Both the position numbers and the translations under genes were made by a program. From Thermoplasmatota archaeon (GTDB lineage Archaea > Thermoplasmatota > Thermoplasmata > UBA10834), in contig JAFGHM010000083.1 of the NCBI GenBank assembly GCA_016930135.1, forward strand, positions 1-63,907: a stretch of 63,907 nt of DNA, given 5' to 3'. The notes under the pieces were generated by a model that was not told where the DNA came from, searched no databases, and worked only from the letters and a program-made list of their open reading frames with translations. Within the stretch, counting starts at the first letter, position 1. Each line of letters starts with the position of its first letter. Shown here one piece after another: positions 59,947 to 63,907 of this stretch.

Positions 59947-60387
59947 TTATCGTGCTATCTCTCTTGCCCAATTGGCGGCGCGCTCAAGCTCGCCATCCTT
60001 GAGGGGGCCTTTCGTGCCTGAGACGAAGAATCCCATGGGCGAAGAGACATTGCCCCCGCCCCTAGAGGTGAGGTTCTTGGAGATCTTGTCTGCGGCGTAG
60101 CCGAATATCTTCGCAATCCTGCTCGGAACCCTGGTGTCGAAAGAGGCGAATCTCAGACCTTCGACCGTCGCGTCGGGGAGGCCGTCAAGCAGCTTCTGGA
60201 CCGGCTCTGTCGGCTTCCCTCCATGGGTTGGGGATCCGATCACAAGAAGGTCGATTGAGTCCAGTTGTCTTGGATCCACCTGGTCTGCTCTGACAACTCT
60301 GGCATCGCCGCCCAGCACGCCTCCCATTGCGTCCGCTATCTTCTGCGTGTTGCCGTGGACTGTATCGTAGACAACCAGTATCTTCAT
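59947..60387 (-). CDS. Flavodoxin
   Basis: YDTVHGNT, GSPTHG, FASFDT. Confidence 0.92.
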   Translation of the reverse strand: MKILVVYDTVHGNTQKIADAMGGVLGGDARVVRADQVDPRQLDSIDLLVIGSPTHGGKPTEPVQKLLDGLPDATVEGLRFASFDTRVPSRIAKIFGYAADKISKNLTSRGGGNVSSPMGFFVSGTKGPLKDGELERAANWAREIAR

Positions 60388-60546
60388 GCGTCCCCCTCCT
60401 CTTGGCCTGAGTGATGTGTAGACGTCTCATTCTATTTCAATGCAGCTTGGCGCGCGCCGAAGACGAGGTCATCGGAACCATGTCTTCTTGCCGTGCTCCT
60501 CTCTGTATGGTGACCATGCCAGAGCCAAGGTCGGACTGAAGAAATC

Positions 60547-61071
60547 CTATCGTCTCTTGGTCTTCGAACGAGACGTCGCCCCTGAGAGGGCGTCATCGCG
60601 TCTCGCCTCAGCCGCCAAATCAAGAATCGTATCCTTCTGAGGGTTGCTTATGGCGTACTCCTCAAGGAGAGCTGCCTCCGCTTTGAAGTCCCCCGCCCGC
60701 CAGCAGTCTTCGGCTTCATCAATCAGCTGTGCCAAGGGTTGCTCGAACTTCAGCAGGGCCTCCACCTGACGGCGTTGTCCCGGGTCTGTGAAGTCGGGAT
60801 TCGGATTCTCTTCATCATAGCTCAGCATGAGTCTGATCCTGCCATCCTCTCTTACAATATCGAACAGTCTCTCAAGGCGAGGGTAGTAAGTGCTCCCCAT
60901 TTGTCTCGTCTCATGGGACTTGTAGACATTGAGGGCCGCTCGCCACCTGAAAGGCAGGTCCTGATCGCCTGTGCGCCCCGGCTTCTCCTCGTAGGCCGAG
61001 ACTTCGTCTCGGCGGCGCTTCAAGGTGGCTACTAGATCCTGCTTGTCGTCTCCGATTTCAACTGCCCCCAT
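60547..61071 (-). CDS. Hypothetical protein
   Basis: 174-aa ORF, plausible composition, no recognised motif. Confidence 0.5.
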   Translation of the reverse strand: MGAVEIGDDKQDLVATLKRRRDEVSAYEEKPGRTGDQDLPFRWRAALNVYKSHETRQMGSTYYPRLERLFDIVREDGRIRLMLSYDEENPNPDFTDPGQRRQVEALLKFEQPLAQLIDEAEDCWRAGDFKAEAALLEEYAISNPQKDTILDLAAEARRDDALSGATSRSKTKRR

Positions 61072-61523
61072 ACCCTATTGTAGCTACCACTCTAAGGTTT
61101 TTTCCAGGCCGTTCCGCGCTTCCAGATTCTCCCATGGGGAACGCTTGAAAGGTCTTCGGCTTCGGTGCACTGCTGGCTTAGTCAGATGCCTTCTTCTCTC
61201 TACGGAAGCCAACCAAGGGCATTGATGCTTTCTGTGCATTCCGCGTCGCTGACGACCTCTGACCCCGTTGCCCTTCGCTCTTGGGGCCGTTATCATCTGT
61301 GAGAATTCATCCGAAGGAGGACAAAGGGTTCCCGCCACAAGATCTGGACATCCTCAGGCGCTTGGCAAGGGACGGGAGACTTGGGAGTGTTACTCGATGC
61401 GGCTCGATTGTCTGCGATCAAGCGACAGGCGACGCAGCAGTGGTGCAAGACGTCTGAGGCTCAGAGATGTCGGCCCAAGATCCTGCGGGATCAAGCATAC
61501 GACTCAGCTGCTTTGCGCATCAG

Positions 61524-62186
61524 TCAGAGCTGTTTCTTGCTGAATACCAGGATTGCCACCAGGAGGAGGATTGCCGTAATGACCGCCCCCGGGATGAGAG
61601 GGAAGTACTCAGAAGAGGATGCCGTGAGCACAGGCAGTACTGCGATTGAGGACAGTTGGTTCGCCCCGTATATCACGAGGATGACGCCGACAAGCACAGA
61701 AGGAGACAATATCCCGATAAGCACGCCCGCGGAGCAGGAGATAGCCACCATCGACACGGCTATCACAATCGCTGGCAGTAGCCCAGACAGCATGGTGGAT
61801 GGTGGCACATCGGAGCCGAAGTAGTCCACTGCGATGCCCAGCATTATCGCGGCGAAGCTCGCGATGACTACGCAGATGTAGACCGCGAGGAACTTGGAAA
61901 GGACGATGTTGCGCCTCTTGACCGGCCGTATTACGAACAGGTCATAGACGTGCTTCTCCCTCTCGTTTATGATGCCTACTGTGAGCATCGCAGCCGAGAT
62001 GGCTCCTCCGATTACGGAAACAAGCAGGGCGGCGAAAGAGGAGAACGGGATCCCCTCCGTTTCGGCGCCGGACGTGGCGAAGTAAAGGATGACAGCTAGC
62101 GCGGGCAGCCCGATCCAGAGGAACAGCATCACCTTCGAGCGGTAGAATCCGTTCAGTTCATCCCTGAGCAATATCGCGAGGCTCAT
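61524..62186 (-). CDS. ABC-2 type transporter permease
   Basis: 6 TM, EREKHVYDLF...PVKR...KF; overlaps ATPase stop. Confidence 0.88.
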   Translation of the reverse strand: MSLAILLRDELNGFYRSKVMLFLWIGLPALAVILYFATSGAETEGIPFSSFAALLVSVIGGAISAAMLTVGIINEREKHVYDLFVIRPVKRRNIVLSKFLAVYICVVIASFAAIMLGIAVDYFGSDVPPSTMLSGLLPAIVIAVSMVAISCSAGVLIGILSPSVLVGVILVIYGANQLSSIAVLPVLTASSSEYFPLIPGAVITAILLLVAILVFSKKQL

Positions 62187-63145
62187 GTCGACGCACCCCC
62201 GGATACGAACCGGATGTAGAGTTGTTCGAGGTTTGGGTTGATCGGATAGATGAATCGGATTCTCGAACCCCCCTCGATGATCTTCCTGATGAGTCTGTCG
62301 ACGGAGGCATCGATGTCGGCTTCTGCCGCTAGGTGTACGATCATCCTCCCATCTTCAGTCCGGTCGATGCTGGTAACACCCTGGATGCTCTCCAGCTCCT
62401 TCCAGCGGCGGGAATCCTTCGAAAGCATTATGTCGATGTCCTTGGGCACCTTCAGCCTCTGCCTAAGTCCCTCCAGCGTGCCTTCGTGGATCAGCGTGCC
62501 GTGACTTATGATGCCGATGCGGTTCGCGATGTCCTGGACGTCGCTGAGGATGTGCGAGGAGAACAGAACGGTCGTGCCCTCTTTGGACAGCTGCCTGAAC
62601 ACGTTCTTGAACTGATATCTGGAGGCCGGATCGAGGCCGGCCATTGGCTCGTCAAGTACGAGGAAATCGGGGTCGTGGAGTATTGCCTGTGCCATGCCCA
62701 CCTTCTGGATGGTGCCCCCTGAGAGGTTCACGATCCTCCTGTTCCTCGTGTCCAGGATTCCGAGAAGCTCCAGCACTTCGGGGATACGCTTCTCCACATC
62801 TTGAATGCTCATGCCCGACAGCCTGCCGAAGGTGGTAAGTGCTTGGTCAACTGTCCTCCACTCCTGGAAGGCTGCGTGCTGGGGCAAGTATCCCAGTGCC
62901 CTGTCCATGTTGGCTCCGGAGCCTCCTGAGCCGACCCTGGCCACGCCCTCGTAGTCCTTGATCAAACCTACAAGGATCTTGATGGTCGTCGTCTTCCCTG
63001 CGCCGTTCGGGCCGATGTAGCCGAAGACCTCGCCCTCTCTTATGTTGAATGTGATGTCGTTGAGCGCCCTGAAGGTGCCAAATGACTTGGCCACTCTCTC
63101 CAGGCTCGCTATGTGGTCGCCGTCCCGAGGTTCAACGTTCTGCAT
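62183..63145 (-). CDS. ABC transporter ATP-binding protein
   Basis: GPNGAGKTT, LSGG, LDEP, SSH. Confidence 0.95.
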   Translation of the reverse strand: MQNVEPRDGDHIASLERVAKSFGTFRALNDITFNIREGEVFGYIGPNGAGKTTTIKILVGLIKDYEGVARVGSGGSGANMDRALGYLPQHAAFQEWRTVDQALTTFGRLSGMSIQDVEKRIPEVLELLGILDTRNRRIVNLSGGTIQKVGMAQAILHDPDFLVLDEPMAGLDPASRYQFKNVFRQLSKEGTTVLFSSHILSDVQDIANRIGIISHGTLIHEGTLEGLRQRLKVPKDIDIMLSKDSRRWKELESIQGVTSIDRTEDGRMIVHLAAEADIDASVDRLIRKIIEGGSRIRFIYPINPNLEQLYIRFVSGGAST

Positions 63146-63555
63146 AGTATCCCTTCAGTTTTGTTTCCATCGGTCGTCTCTTTGTTGTGATGGGTTTCGA
63201 CGGATGAGGCTCATGTTGTCCGGATCATAGTCGCCCTGTGATGCCAGCTGAGCCTTCTTTTGTCGGAAGGTCGACGCCCATGAATCGTTCTGAAGGCTTA
63301 AGGTCTTCTCGTCATCCGGGAGCCATTGTCATCCTTGATTATTACAGTCCTTCGGAGAGGGGCCAGTGCTGCCCAGCGCGAGGGACGTGCACGGAGGCTG
63401 CACGCGACAGTCACGACTCGTGTTGCATGAACGGAATCCAGGTAGGTTAAGGACACAAGCCCCTGGAATGCTTCGTTTCTGAGCGTGAATCCTGCGCAGA
63501 CGGTTCAGAGTCAAGCATGGGCAGTTCGATTTGGGGGTTCTCGTTGGCATTGTGC

Positions 63556-63906
63556 TCATGGCAACTCTGTACTCTCAGTTGCCACCGTGCCTTGCTGGGG
63601 AAGATACAGCAAGTATAGAATCGAAGCCCACAAGAAGACGAGCGCCGCGAGGAACAGTGCCGGCTCCAGCTCAGGTGTTTCAAGCACAAACACGACCACG
63701 GCTGCGGGCACTCCAAGTATGATCAAGAGATAGACGAAGAACTGCCATGGTCCTAGGAGTCCTCTTGGCGGCAGACCGAGGTATCCAAACCAGAAGAATC
63801 GTGAGATGGCCCCTAGTCTGCTGCTTGCAGGATTCACATCGGAGACCCACCAAAGGACGGGTGGACACAAGAGACAATACCAGATTGTCTGCCACGACGT
63901 GAGAGG
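63556..63906 (-). CDS. Possible membrane protein, 3' part (frame open to right edge)
   Basis: Frame open from the window end, hydrophobic segments; no motif recognised. Confidence 0.4.
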   Translation of the reverse strand, partial: PLTSWQTIWYCLLCPPVLWWVSDVNPASSRLGAISRFFWFGYLGLPPRGLLGPWQFFVYLLIILGVPAAVVVFVLETPELEPALFLAALVFLWASILYLLYLPQQGTVATESTELP

Positions 63907-63907
63907 G

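Noticed and set aside
61072..61523. 450-bp gap as a hidden gene or ncRNA
   Set aside because: No convincing ORF, SD, repeat or structure found by eye
1..63907. CRISPR arrays, tRNA/rRNA genes, transposases, integrases
   Set aside because: None recognised by eye; intergenic gaps are short and lack periodic repeats

Overview
A high-GC, densely coding archaeal chromosomal segment. Archaeal TATA/BRE promoters, GGAGGTG Shine-Dalgarno sites, PAC2, DUF1614, an AEP primase paralog, HdrA/MvhD and a Rab-like GTPase suggest an uncultured Thermoplasmatota lineage (inference). I see no rRNA, tRNA, CRISPR array or intact mobile element. Content: DNA repair nucleases, transporters, a CBS-CBS-HdrA-MvhD/HdrD operon, ADP-forming acyl-CoA synthetase alpha, sdhCDAB, three kinase-type sensors, and many peptide/amino-acid/amine scavenging enzymes. 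The ORF track missed or mis-started several features: a RecJ/DHH gene at the left edge, a 49-aa membrane protein, three tiny very basic peptide genes (22, 32 and 40 aa), and two pseudogenes. The best candidate for an undescribed system is a co-oriented metallophosphoesterase plus nucleotidyltransferase-fold pair sitting in an aminotransferase / APC permease / tandem-Lrp locus (43.6-51.1 kb). Other oddities are a helical-repeat protein fused to a stand-alone tRNA-synthetase anticodon-binding domain, a Cys-expanded HdrA lacking its inserted ferredoxin, a pseudo-receiver/pseudokinase coupled to a DUF116-like protein, and a candidate anti-SD small RNA. All family calls come from reading motifs by eye, without database searches.
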